DNA of 64,000 nucleotides, from positions 5,307 to 69,306 of the forward strand of contig JAICNG010000003.1 of NCBI GenBank assembly GCA_025931335.1, written 5' to 3'. The translations under genes and the position numbers were made by a program. Each line of letters opens with the position of its first letter. The first letter of the stretch is position 1. This DNA is from Gemmatimonadaceae bacterium. GTDB taxonomy: Bacteria; Gemmatimonadota; Gemmatimonadetes; Gemmatimonadales; Gemmatimonadaceae. The notes under the pieces are model-generated. The model saw only the letters and a list, made by a program, of their open reading frames with translations. It made no database searches and was not told where the DNA came from. Below are positions 57,667 through 64,000 of the stretch, one piece after another.

Positions 57667-59757
57667 ATGGCCGCCACCATAGTCAAAGGCGCCTGCCCGC
57701 ACGACTGCCCCGACACCTGCGCCATGCTGGTGACGGTGGAGGATGGGCGCGCCGTGAAGGTCGCCGGCGATCCCGACCATCCCTTCACGCAGGGCTTCCT
57801 CTGCACGAAGGTCAACCGCTACGTCGAGCGGACGTATCATGCCGAGCGGCTGCTTCGGCCGCTGCGCCGCGTCGGCAGGAAGGGGGAAGGCCGGTTCGAG
57901 CCGATCTCGTGGGACGATGCGCTCGATGAGATCGCGGCGCGCCTGACGAGTATCGCGCGCTCGCCAGACGGGCCGCAGGCGATTCTGCCGTATTCGTACG
58001 CGGGCACGATGGGCTTCGTGCAGAGCTCGTCGATGGACCGGCGATTCTTCCATCTCCTCGGCGCATCGAAGCTCGATCGCACCATCTGCTCGATGGCCGG
58101 GACGATGGGAATGCGGATGACGGTCGGCGCGAACATTGGCGCCGACGCCGAGGGGATTCCGGAGAGCGATCTCGTCCTCCTGTGGGGAACGAATACCCTG
58201 ACGTCGAATCCGCACCTCTGGCCGTTCGTGCTCCAGGCGCGCGAGCGGGGCGCGCCCATCATCGCGATCGACCCGCTGCGCACGCGCACGGCCGCGCAGT
58301 GCGATGACTGGATCGCGATTCGCCCCGGCACCGACGCCGCGCTCGCCCTCGGCATCATGCACGTGGTGTTCGCCGAGGAGATGGAAGACCGCGACTATCT
58401 CGCGCAGCATACGCTCGGGGTGGAGCAGCTGCGCGACCGCGTGCTCGAGTACGACCCGGATCGCGTGTCGTCGATTACGGGCATCCCTGCGTCGCGCATC
58501 ATCGACCTCGCTCTGCGCTATGGGCAGGCTCGCGCGGCGTTCATTCGCGTCAACTACGGGCTCCAGCGGCACAAGGGCGGCGGAATGGCGGTGCGGACGA
58601 TCGCCTGTCTGCCGGCCGTGGTCGGCCATTGGCGCCGTCCGGGCGGCGGAGTACAGCTGTCCACCAGCGCGAACTTCCAGTTCGACAAGAACACGCTCGA
58701 GCGCCCCGACCTCTCACCTCCGGTTCGCACGATCAACATGATCCGGCTCGGCGAGGCACTGACGACGCCGAACGCCGGCGTTGGCGGACCGCCGGTGCGC
58801 GCGATGATCGTGTACAACTCGAATCCCGCCGCCGTCGCGCCCGACCGGAACGCGGTCATGCGCGGGCTCGCGCGCGAGGATCTGTTCACGGTGGTGCTCG
58901 ACCACTTCCAGACCGATACGGCGGACTGGGCGGACATCGTCCTGCCGGCGACGACGCAGCTGGAGCACTGGGATCTCCATTTGGCGTACGGCCACCACTA
59001 CGTGTCGCTGAATCGCCCGTCGATCGAGCCGGTGGGCGAAGCGAAGCCGAACTCCGAGATCTTCCGTCTGCTGGCCGCGCGGATGGGAATGAACCACCCC
59101 GCGCTTCGCGACGACGATTTAACCGTGATTCGTCAGGCGATCGAGGGCGCGACGCCCGGCGCATGGCAGGCGGAGAAGCTCCGCGGGGTCACGATGGAGG
59201 CGCTGCTCGAGCGGGGCTGGATGCGCCTCAACGTTCCGAAGCCGTATCTGCCGTTCGCGGACGGCAGGTTCCTCACGCCGAGCGGCAAGTGCGAGTTCTA
59301 CTCCGAGCGGATGAAGGAGATGGGACTCGATCCGCTGCCATCGTTCACCGCGCCGTACGAGTTCCCGGAAGATGTCCCGGCGCTGGCGTCGCGCTTTCCA
59401 CTGACGCTCATCTCGTCGCCGGCGCACCAGTTCCTGAACTCGACGTTCGTGAACATCGGCGCCCTGCGCCGCGCCGCTCGCGAGCCGGAGCTGATGATCC
59501 ACCCGAGCGACGCCGAGCCGCGCGGCATCGCCACCGGCATGCGGGTGGTGGTGCATAACGACCGTGGCGAGTTCACGGCCGTGGCCCGGGTCGATGAGTC
59601 GGTGCGCGCGACGGTGGTGTGGGCGCCGTCGATCTGGTGGGCGAAGTACGCGGCCGATGGCCAGAACGCGAACGCGACGACGTCGCAGCTCGAGACCGAC
59701 ATGGGACATGGGCCGGTGTTCTACGACAACCTGGTGGAGGTGATGGCGGCGGATTGA
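57667..59757 (+). CDS. Molybdopterin (bis-MGD) oxidoreductase family protein with an N-terminal Fe-S motif
   Basis: CPHDCPDTCAMLV cluster motif, molybdopterin-binding domains, and a C-terminal MopB_CT-like barrel. Confidence 0.8.
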   Translation: MAATIVKGACPHDCPDTCAMLVTVEDGRAVKVAGDPDHPFTQGFLCTKVNRYVERTYHAERLLRPLRRVGRKGEGRFEPISWDDALDEIAARLTSIARSPDGPQAILPYSYAGTMGFVQSSSMDRRFFHLLGASKLDRTICSMAGTMGMRMTVGANIGADAEGIPESDLVLLWGTNTLTSNPHLWPFVLQARERGAPIIAIDPLRTRTAAQCDDWIAIRPGTDAALALGIMHVVFAEEMEDRDYLAQHTLGVEQLRDRVLEYDPDRVSSITGIPASRIIDLALRYGQARAAFIRVNYGLQRHKGGGMAVRTIACLPAVVGHWRRPGGGVQLSTSANFQFDKNTLERPDLSPPVRTINMIRLGEALTTPNAGVGGPPVRAMIVYNSNPAAVAPDRNAVMRGLAREDLFTVVLDHFQTDTADWADIVLPATTQLEHWDLHLAYGHHYVSLNRPSIEPVGEAKPNSEIFRLLAARMGMNHPALRDDDLTVIRQAIEGATPGAWQAEKLRGVTMEALLERGWMRLNVPKPYLPFADGRFLTPSGKCEFYSERMKEMGLDPLPSFTAPYEFPEDVPALASRFPLTLISSPAHQFLNSTFVNIGALRRAAREPELMIHPSDAEPRGIATGMRVVVHNDRGEFTAVARVDESVRATVVWAPSIWWAKYAADGQNANATTSQLETDMGHGPVFYDNLVEVMAAD

Positions 59758-59798
59758 TGGGTTTGTGCAAGGTTCGATGTGGCGGGTCGAAGAGCCGA

Positions 59799-60281
59799 CC
59801 ACGGATATACACGAATGAGCACGGATCCGCCCGCCCTGAAGCTGGTTGCAGTGCGCACCACCGAAACGACCCGTGCAGTCATCGGTTCGTTTTTCGAGGT
59901 GTACAATGAGCTCGGAACCGGGTTCCTCGAATCGGTCTATCGGAACGCGCTTTCGGTCGCGCTGGATCAGCTGGGGATTGCAAACCGCCGAGAGGCGCCG
60001 TTGGATGTGTTTTTCCGAGGAGCACGTGTCGGCCTCTTTCGTGCCGATATCCTCGTGAATGATTGCGTCGTGGTCGAGACCAAAGCCGCGCATGCCTTGG
60101 ACCGGTCTCACGAGGCGCAGCTTATCAACTACCTGCGCGCATCTTCGATTGAGGTCGGACTGCTCCTCAATTTCGGGCCCGAGGCAAAGTTCCGACGCCT
60201 GGTTTACACGAACGACCGCAAGGCGCTCTATCTCTGGTCACAGGCGTCTGTCGATCCGTGAAGATTCGTGTCAATCCGTGG
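59799..60281 (+). mobile_element. Candidate GxxExxY cassette bounded by 29-bp inverted repeats, each made of three 10-bp-phased ACACGRAT units
   Basis: Left repeat ccacggatatacacgaatgagcacggatc (59799-59827). The reverse complement of the right repeat (60253-60281) is ccacggattgacacgaatcttcacggatc, 24/29 identical. The ORF start and stop lie inside the repeats. Confidence 0.45.
59815..60261 (+). CDS. GxxExxY protein (PD-(D/E)XK nuclease fold)
   Basis: VIGSFFEVYNELGTGFLESVYRNAL (GxxExxY), then ADILVNDCVVVETKA and QLINYL; the D..E.K core. Confidence 0.8.
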   Translation: MSTDPPALKLVAVRTTETTRAVIGSFFEVYNELGTGFLESVYRNALSVALDQLGIANRREAPLDVFFRGARVGLFRADILVNDCVVVETKAAHALDRSHEAQLINYLRASSIEVGLLLNFGPEAKFRRLVYTNDRKALYLWSQASVDP

Positions 60282-60349
60282 TTCGCAGGGCCACTGGCGC
60301 GATGAAGTACGCTCGCCCATCCTGAAGAAGCACCCAAACGGAGCACACG

Positions 60350-61822
60350 TTGCAGACGCAGCAGCACCCCACGACGCTCGGCGCCCTCAAGCGCTCGCCC
60401 TATGCCACGCGCGCCAAGCGCACGGTCAAGGACGAGCTGCGCGAGAATCTCCTCCAGCGGCTCGCGCGCGGAGGGGCACTGTTCGAGGGCGTCATCGGCT
60501 ATGAGGACACCGTCCTGCCGCAGCTGGTCAACGCCATCCTCGCCAGGCACAACTTCATTCTCCTCGGCCTGCGCGGACAGGCGAAGTCTCGCATTCTGCG
60601 CTCGCTCGTCACGCTGCTCGACGACACCATTCCCATCGTCGCCGGGAGTGAGATCAACGACGATCCCTTCGCGCCCATCTCGAAGCAGGCGCACCAGTTG
60701 ATCGAGGAGGCGGGGGACGACACACCGATCGCGTGGATCGGGCGCGATCAGCGCTATGTCGAGAAGCTGGCGACGCCCGACGTCACTATCGCCGACATCA
60801 TCGGCGACGTCGACCCGATCAAGGCCGCGCGCGGCGGCCACATTCTCTCCGACGAGCTCACCATCCATTACGGGATGCTGCCGCGCGCGAACCGTGGCAT
60901 CTTCGCGCTCAACGAGCTGCCCGATCTCGCCGGAAAGATCCAGGTGGGATTGTTCAACATCATGCAGGAAGGGGATGTCCAGATCAAAGGCTATCCCGTT
61001 CGCATCCCCCTCGACGTGCTCCTCTGCTTCACCGCCAATCCCGAGGATTACACCGCGCGCGGGAAGATCATCACTCCGCTCAAGGATCGCATCGGCAGCG
61101 AGATCATGACGCACTATCCCGAGTCGGTCGAGGTCGGGATGGAGATCACGCAGCAGGAGGCCTGGACCACGCGCGGCTCGCTTCCCGTGCGCGTGCCCGA
61201 CTTCATCGCCGAGGTCATCGAGCGCGTCGCGTTCGAGGCGCGCACGGACAAGCGCGTCGACAAACGCTCCGGCGTCTCGCAGCGCATGCCGATCACCGTG
61301 CTCGAGAGCGTCGTGTCGAACGCCGAGCGTCGCGCCGTGGAACGGCATGAGTGCACGGTCGTGCCGCGCGTGTCCGACATCTATGCCGCGCTGCCGTCCA
61401 TTACCGGCAAGATCGAGCTGGAGTACGAGGGGGAGCTCATCGGCGGTCAGGTGATCGCGCGCGAGCTCATCCGTCGTGCGGCCGACGCGACCTTCCAGGC
61501 GCGCGCCGGCGGCTCCGACACGGACGAGATCGTGATGTGGTTCGACACCGGCAATGCGCTCGAGGTGCCTGACGACGCCGCCAGCGAGCCGCTCGCGGGG
61601 GCGTTCGAGGATGTGCCGACGCTGCTCGAGCTGGTCCACGGAGTTGGGCTCGCGCAGCAGGGGGACACCGAGACGACCGTCGCCGCCTGCGAGCTCGTGC
61701 TCGAGGCGCTCGTGGGCCGGCGGAAGATCTCCCGCTCCGACGCGGGACGGTATGGTCGCGCGCAGCCGCCGGAGCGCCGCCGGCCGAACGATCTCTTCGG
61801 CAGCGGCGGCATGACCGCCTGA
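60350..61822 (+). CDS. ChlI/BchI-like AAA+ protein with deviant Walker motifs and a long C-terminal extension
   Basis: TTG start preceded by GGAG. Sequence VIGYEDTVLPQLVNAILARHNFILLGLRGQAKSR (P-loop GLRGQAKS), GIFALNELPDL (Walker B reads NE), VSQRMPITV. Confidence 0.7.
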   Translation: MQTQQHPTTLGALKRSPYATRAKRTVKDELRENLLQRLARGGALFEGVIGYEDTVLPQLVNAILARHNFILLGLRGQAKSRILRSLVTLLDDTIPIVAGSEINDDPFAPISKQAHQLIEEAGDDTPIAWIGRDQRYVEKLATPDVTIADIIGDVDPIKAARGGHILSDELTIHYGMLPRANRGIFALNELPDLAGKIQVGLFNIMQEGDVQIKGYPVRIPLDVLLCFTANPEDYTARGKIITPLKDRIGSEIMTHYPESVEVGMEITQQEAWTTRGSLPVRVPDFIAEVIERVAFEARTDKRVDKRSGVSQRMPITVLESVVSNAERRAVERHECTVVPRVSDIYAALPSITGKIELEYEGELIGGQVIARELIRRAADATFQARAGGSDTDEIVMWFDTGNALEVPDDAASEPLAGAFEDVPTLLELVHGVGLAQQGDTETTVAACELVLEALVGRRKISRSDAGRYGRAQPPERRRPNDLFGSGGMTA

Positions 61823-61825
61823 CTG

Positions 61826-62317
61826 GTGCGCGCGGCGCCGGTGCGGTCACGCCTGCGCGTTCGCCCGGCCACCATGGCGGACGCCGAGCGAATCGCCGAG
61901 CTGCGCCTCGCATTGCTCGGCGAGCATTCGTCGAACGCGATTTATTCGCGTCTGCGACGCGACGCACCGTCTCGCGCCATCGAGTTGACCAGGGATCAGC
62001 TCGCGCGGGAGCATGAGGCGATGTTCGTCGCCACGAAAGGGCAGCGCGTCGTCGGCGTGCTCCGCTGCATCGACCAGCGTGGCCACCGGCTGCTTCGCCC
62101 GGCGCGGTTCGCGCTCATCTCCACGGTGTACGTCGAGCCGGCCGTCCGCCGGCAGGGCGTGCTCCGCTCGCTGATGGAAGCCGCCGTCGGGTGGAGCCGC
62201 GAGCGCGGCCTCACCGAGATGCGGCTTCAGAACGCCATCGACAATCCCCTCGCGCTCGCCGCCTGGGATGCGCTAGGATTTCGCGTCGTCGAGCAGATCC
62301 GGCTTCGGCCCATCTAG
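61826..62317 (+). CDS. GNAT acetyltransferase
   Basis: VRPATMADAERIAELRL...VEPAVRRQGVLRSLMEAA...NPLALAAWDALGF. Confidence 0.75.
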   Translation: MRAAPVRSRLRVRPATMADAERIAELRLALLGEHSSNAIYSRLRRDAPSRAIELTRDQLAREHEAMFVATKGQRVVGVLRCIDQRGHRLLRPARFALISTVYVEPAVRRQGVLRSLMEAAVGWSRERGLTEMRLQNAIDNPLALAAWDALGFRVVEQIRLRPI

Positions 62318-62327
62318 CACCAACGAA

Positions 62328-62948
62328 ATGGCGATCATCACGGTCTCGCGGATGTACGGATCCGGCGGCTCGGACGTCGCCGCGCGCGTCGCGCAGATGC
62401 TCGGCTGGTCGCTGCTCGACAACGCCTTCGTCGACGCGGTGGCGGAGCGACTCGGCGTGCCCGCATCGGAGGTGCAGGCGCGCGAGGAGCGCACGCCGTC
62501 GCTCGTCGAGCGGCTCGCGTCCGCGCTGGCGGTCGCGTCTCCCGAGATCCTCCCGCCCCCCACCGAGCAGATTCCGCCGAGCGAGGAGCGCATGGCGGAT
62601 GTCACGCGACGGATCATCGAGGAGGCGGTCGCGCGCGGGAATGCCGTGCTCGTGGGACGTGGCGCGCAATCCGTGCTGGCCCGGCGCGCCGGCGTGCTTC
62701 ACGTCTTCTGTTACGCGCCTCGTGAGGCGCTCGTGAGGCGCGTCGCCGAGCGGCGCGGCATTGCCGCGGCCGAGGCGGAGAAGGTCGTCGAGGAGACCAA
62801 CAAGCAGCGGGACCAGTACGTGCGCACGACGTTCAAGCGGTCATGGAAGGCGCACGAGAACTATCACCTGTCCGTAAACACGGAGTGGCTGGGCGTCGAA
62901 GGGGCGGCGCAGGCGATCGTGGACGTGGCGCGGCGGATGGGCTTTTAA
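62328..62948 (+). CDS. Cytidylate-kinase-like family protein
   Basis: The MAIITVSRMYGSGGSDVAARVAQMLGW N-terminal signature of the family. Confidence 0.7.
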   Translation: MAIITVSRMYGSGGSDVAARVAQMLGWSLLDNAFVDAVAERLGVPASEVQAREERTPSLVERLASALAVASPEILPPPTEQIPPSEERMADVTRRIIEEAVARGNAVLVGRGAQSVLARRAGVLHVFCYAPREALVRRVAERRGIAAAEAEKVVEETNKQRDQYVRTTFKRSWKAHENYHLSVNTEWLGVEGAAQAIVDVARRMGF

Positions 62949-62956
62949 GCAACAAA

Positions 62957-63020
62957 GCCGCTGGAAAAGCGTTGAGGGCGCTGGAGAAGCGCTGGAAACC
63001 CTCAGCGCGTCTCCAGCGCC
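62957..63020. repeat. GCGCTGGAGAAGCGCT unit x3 (two direct, one inverted); family A copy 2
   Basis: gccgctggaaaagcgtt (62957-62973), ggcgctggagaagcgct (62977-62993, identical to 3411-3427), agcgcgtctccagcgcc (63004-63020). Between convergent genes. Confidence 0.85.
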
Positions 63021-63029
63021 TTCGCTTCT

Positions 63030-63452
63030 TCACCCCTTGTCCGACCGGAAGTTGATGGTCCCGCTCGTCCCCGAGAACACGACGCGAACCGTCCACGTTC
63101 CGGCCACGCCGGCCGTCGACGTGAAGGTCCCGTTGTCGCTCAGCGAACGCGAGTACACCTGCGTTCCCGCCGCGTCGCGGATGACGAGCGTGGCCGAGCC
63201 GCTCGCGATCGATGCCGACTGATTGACGGTGGCCACCGTCCCGGTGTTCTGCCAGCTGTAGTCGAGCGTCGCCGACGCGTTCTGCACTCCGGTGACCTGG
63301 AACGAGAACGCATCCGTGTTGTTGACCACCTCCGGCTGAACGGCCGGGCTGAGTGGATTGCTTCGATCGCTTCCGCAGGCGCTGAGCGCGCCGAGCATAA
63401 CGACGGCCGTGACGAGACGAACGGACTGAATGATCCGAGCACGTGCTTGCAT
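63030..63452 (-). CDS. Lipoprotein, beta-rich (140 aa)
   Basis: ORF 63030..63551 with the start taken at MQARARIIQSVRLVTAVVMLGALSACG (lipobox). Thr/Ser/Gly-rich beta pattern. Confidence 0.6.
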   Translation of the reverse strand: MQARARIIQSVRLVTAVVMLGALSACGSDRSNPLSPAVQPEVVNNTDAFSFQVTGVQNASATLDYSWQNTGTVATVNQSASIASGSATLVIRDAAGTQVYSRSLSDNGTFTSTAGVAGTWTVRVVFSGTSGTINFRSDKG

Positions 63453-63551
63453 TGTGACATTCCAGAGTTGCGTGAGAATGGCGCTGATGGAATCGGCGCG
63501 GAGCACCATCGCTCCCATCGAAACGACGCGACGCTGTCCTGCACGCAACAC

Positions 63552-63615
63552 ATGTCACGAAACGATCGAGATTTCCCGCGATGTGTCACGAAACGATAGA
63601 GCACTTTTCGTCACG
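63552..63615. promoter_or_regulatory. Two 19-nt direct repeats 31 bp apart plus a partial inverted copy; candidate operator upstream of the lipoprotein gene
   Basis: atgtcacgaaacgatcgag (63552-63570) and gtgtcacgaaacgatagag (63583-63601), 17/19 identical, then ttttcgtcacg (63605-63615), whose reverse complement is cgtgacgaaaa. Confidence 0.4.
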
Positions 63616-63799
63616 CCCCCGCGCGAGTTCGGCCGCTTTTGCGGGAGAGGCTATGTGAGCCGAACGGAGGGCCATACCCCGGGCCGGGTGCAAGACCAGA
63701 AGATCATCGCCGCGGCGCGCTCCCTCGAGAAGCCTCACTGCGAGCCGCGAGATCGGTGTGTGGGTCCGCAGCGCCAGCGGTCCATGAAAGGTCGGAGAT

Positions 63800-64000
63800 T
63801 TACCGTTGGACCGACACCACCCTGGTAATGACGAACCCGTGCTCTGGACTCACGACGTCATGGATGCCGGTGACGAGCAATCCCCAGTCGTGCAGCTCGT
63901 GGACGAGCTCTTCGGCGCGAGCGCCCTCGAAGCGCGAGCTCCCAACGCGATCTCGCGATCCTGCTCCTGCCAGTCCTCGGGCCCCTTCGGGACCTTGAAC
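63800..64000 (-). CDS. 3' end of an unidentified gene running off the right edge; apparent frame change near 63930-63950
   Basis: The minus-strand frame ending at TAA (63800-63802) reads ...FEGARAEELVHELHDWGLLVTGIHDVVSPEHGFVITRVVSVQR with coding-like GC3/GC2. Upstream of about 63945 the coding-like frame is the neighbouring one (FKVPKGPEDWQEQDREIA). Confidence 0.35.
   Translation of the reverse strand, partial: VQGPEGARGLAGAGSRDRVGSSRFEGARAEELVHELHDWGLLVTGIHDVVSPEHGFVITRVVSVQR

Noticed and set aside
1-64000. An apparent over-representation of GTTAGG/CCTAAC hexamers inside coding regions.
   Set aside because: I counted about 13 on the plus strand and about 5 on the minus strand. At this base composition about 9 per strand are expected, so this is not convincingly enriched.
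1-64000. tRNA, rRNA, tmRNA, riboswitch, prophage, integrase or transposase signatures.
   Set aside because: I saw no T-loop/anticodon-arm pattern or rRNA-like stretch in the few non-coding gaps, and no protein resembling a recombinase. The only mobile-element-like feature is the GxxExxY cassette.

Overview
This is 64 kb of high-GC (roughly 68-70 % by eye) bacterial chromosome with about 63 protein-coding genes. Most genes sit in tightly packed operons whose start and stop codons overlap by 4, 8, 11 or 13 nt. I found no rRNA, tRNA, CRISPR array, transposase, integrase or phage gene. The taxon cannot be fixed without a database search; the Omp85/TamB pair, a T9SS-like C-terminal tail and a cytochrome-c/FTR1 fusion suggest a Gram-negative soil lineage such as Gemmatimonadota or Acidobacteriota, but that is a guess. 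All protein family calls come from motifs I recognise in the translations, not from searches.

Gene content, left to right:
- GH15 hydrolase plus glucose dehydrogenase, an M23 peptidase, a SIMPL-like protein, an amidohydrolase, an SDR, and DUF3565 plus nitronate monooxygenase.
- A GNAT, a DUF2179 protein, and a di-haem cytochrome c-FTR1 iron permease divergent from a DUF411 metal-binding protein.
- A six-gene coupled operon: EamA, HAD, CYTH, unknown-domain/M14 carboxypeptidase, acpS, SAM methyltransferase.
- A giant GAF/PAS hybrid kinase and an NtrC-type regulator followed by a Zn-ribbon protein, a 99-aa protein, a DmpA-like peptidase and an NlpC/P60 peptidase.
- A REC-GGDEF regulator, small membrane protein, TamA-like, TamB-like and lipid-kinase operon.
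- An orphan peptide-type ABC binding protein with a single permease, a TrxR-like ferredoxin-NADP reductase, a Ser/Thr kinase, a PduO-type adenosyltransferase and aroB.
- An RpoD-like sigma factor, a REC protein and a second lipid kinase.
- Lon-N domain protein, glcDEF, ygfZ, an epimerase and DUF1802.
- A divergent Mur ligase, a molybdopterin oxidoreductase, a GxxExxY nuclease-fold protein, a ChlI-like AAA+ protein, a GNAT and a cytidylate-kinase-like protein.

The main unexplained signal is non-coding. Almost every intergenic spacer longer than about 60 bp is filled edge to edge by a 60-170 bp hairpin whose two arms are tandem arrays of a short 7-10 nt unit.
- There are at least 14 loci in at least 6 sequence families, and some families share a central core.
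- The hairpins occur between convergent genes, between tandem genes inside operons, and inside divergent promoter regions.
- The one GxxExxY (PD-(D/E)XK-fold) gene in the window sits between inverted repeats of the same design: three 10-bp-phased ACACGRAT units per arm.

Secondary oddities:
- Two gene junctions share the identical 11-mer CCCTGACTACC. There the conserved N-terminus of the downstream protein is encoded upstream of any canonical start codon.
- The NtrC-family regulator has GGAAGA in place of the sigma-54-contacting GAFTGA loop.
- An unknown 250-aa domain is fused in frame, ahead of a signal-peptide-like segment, to the M14 carboxypeptidase.
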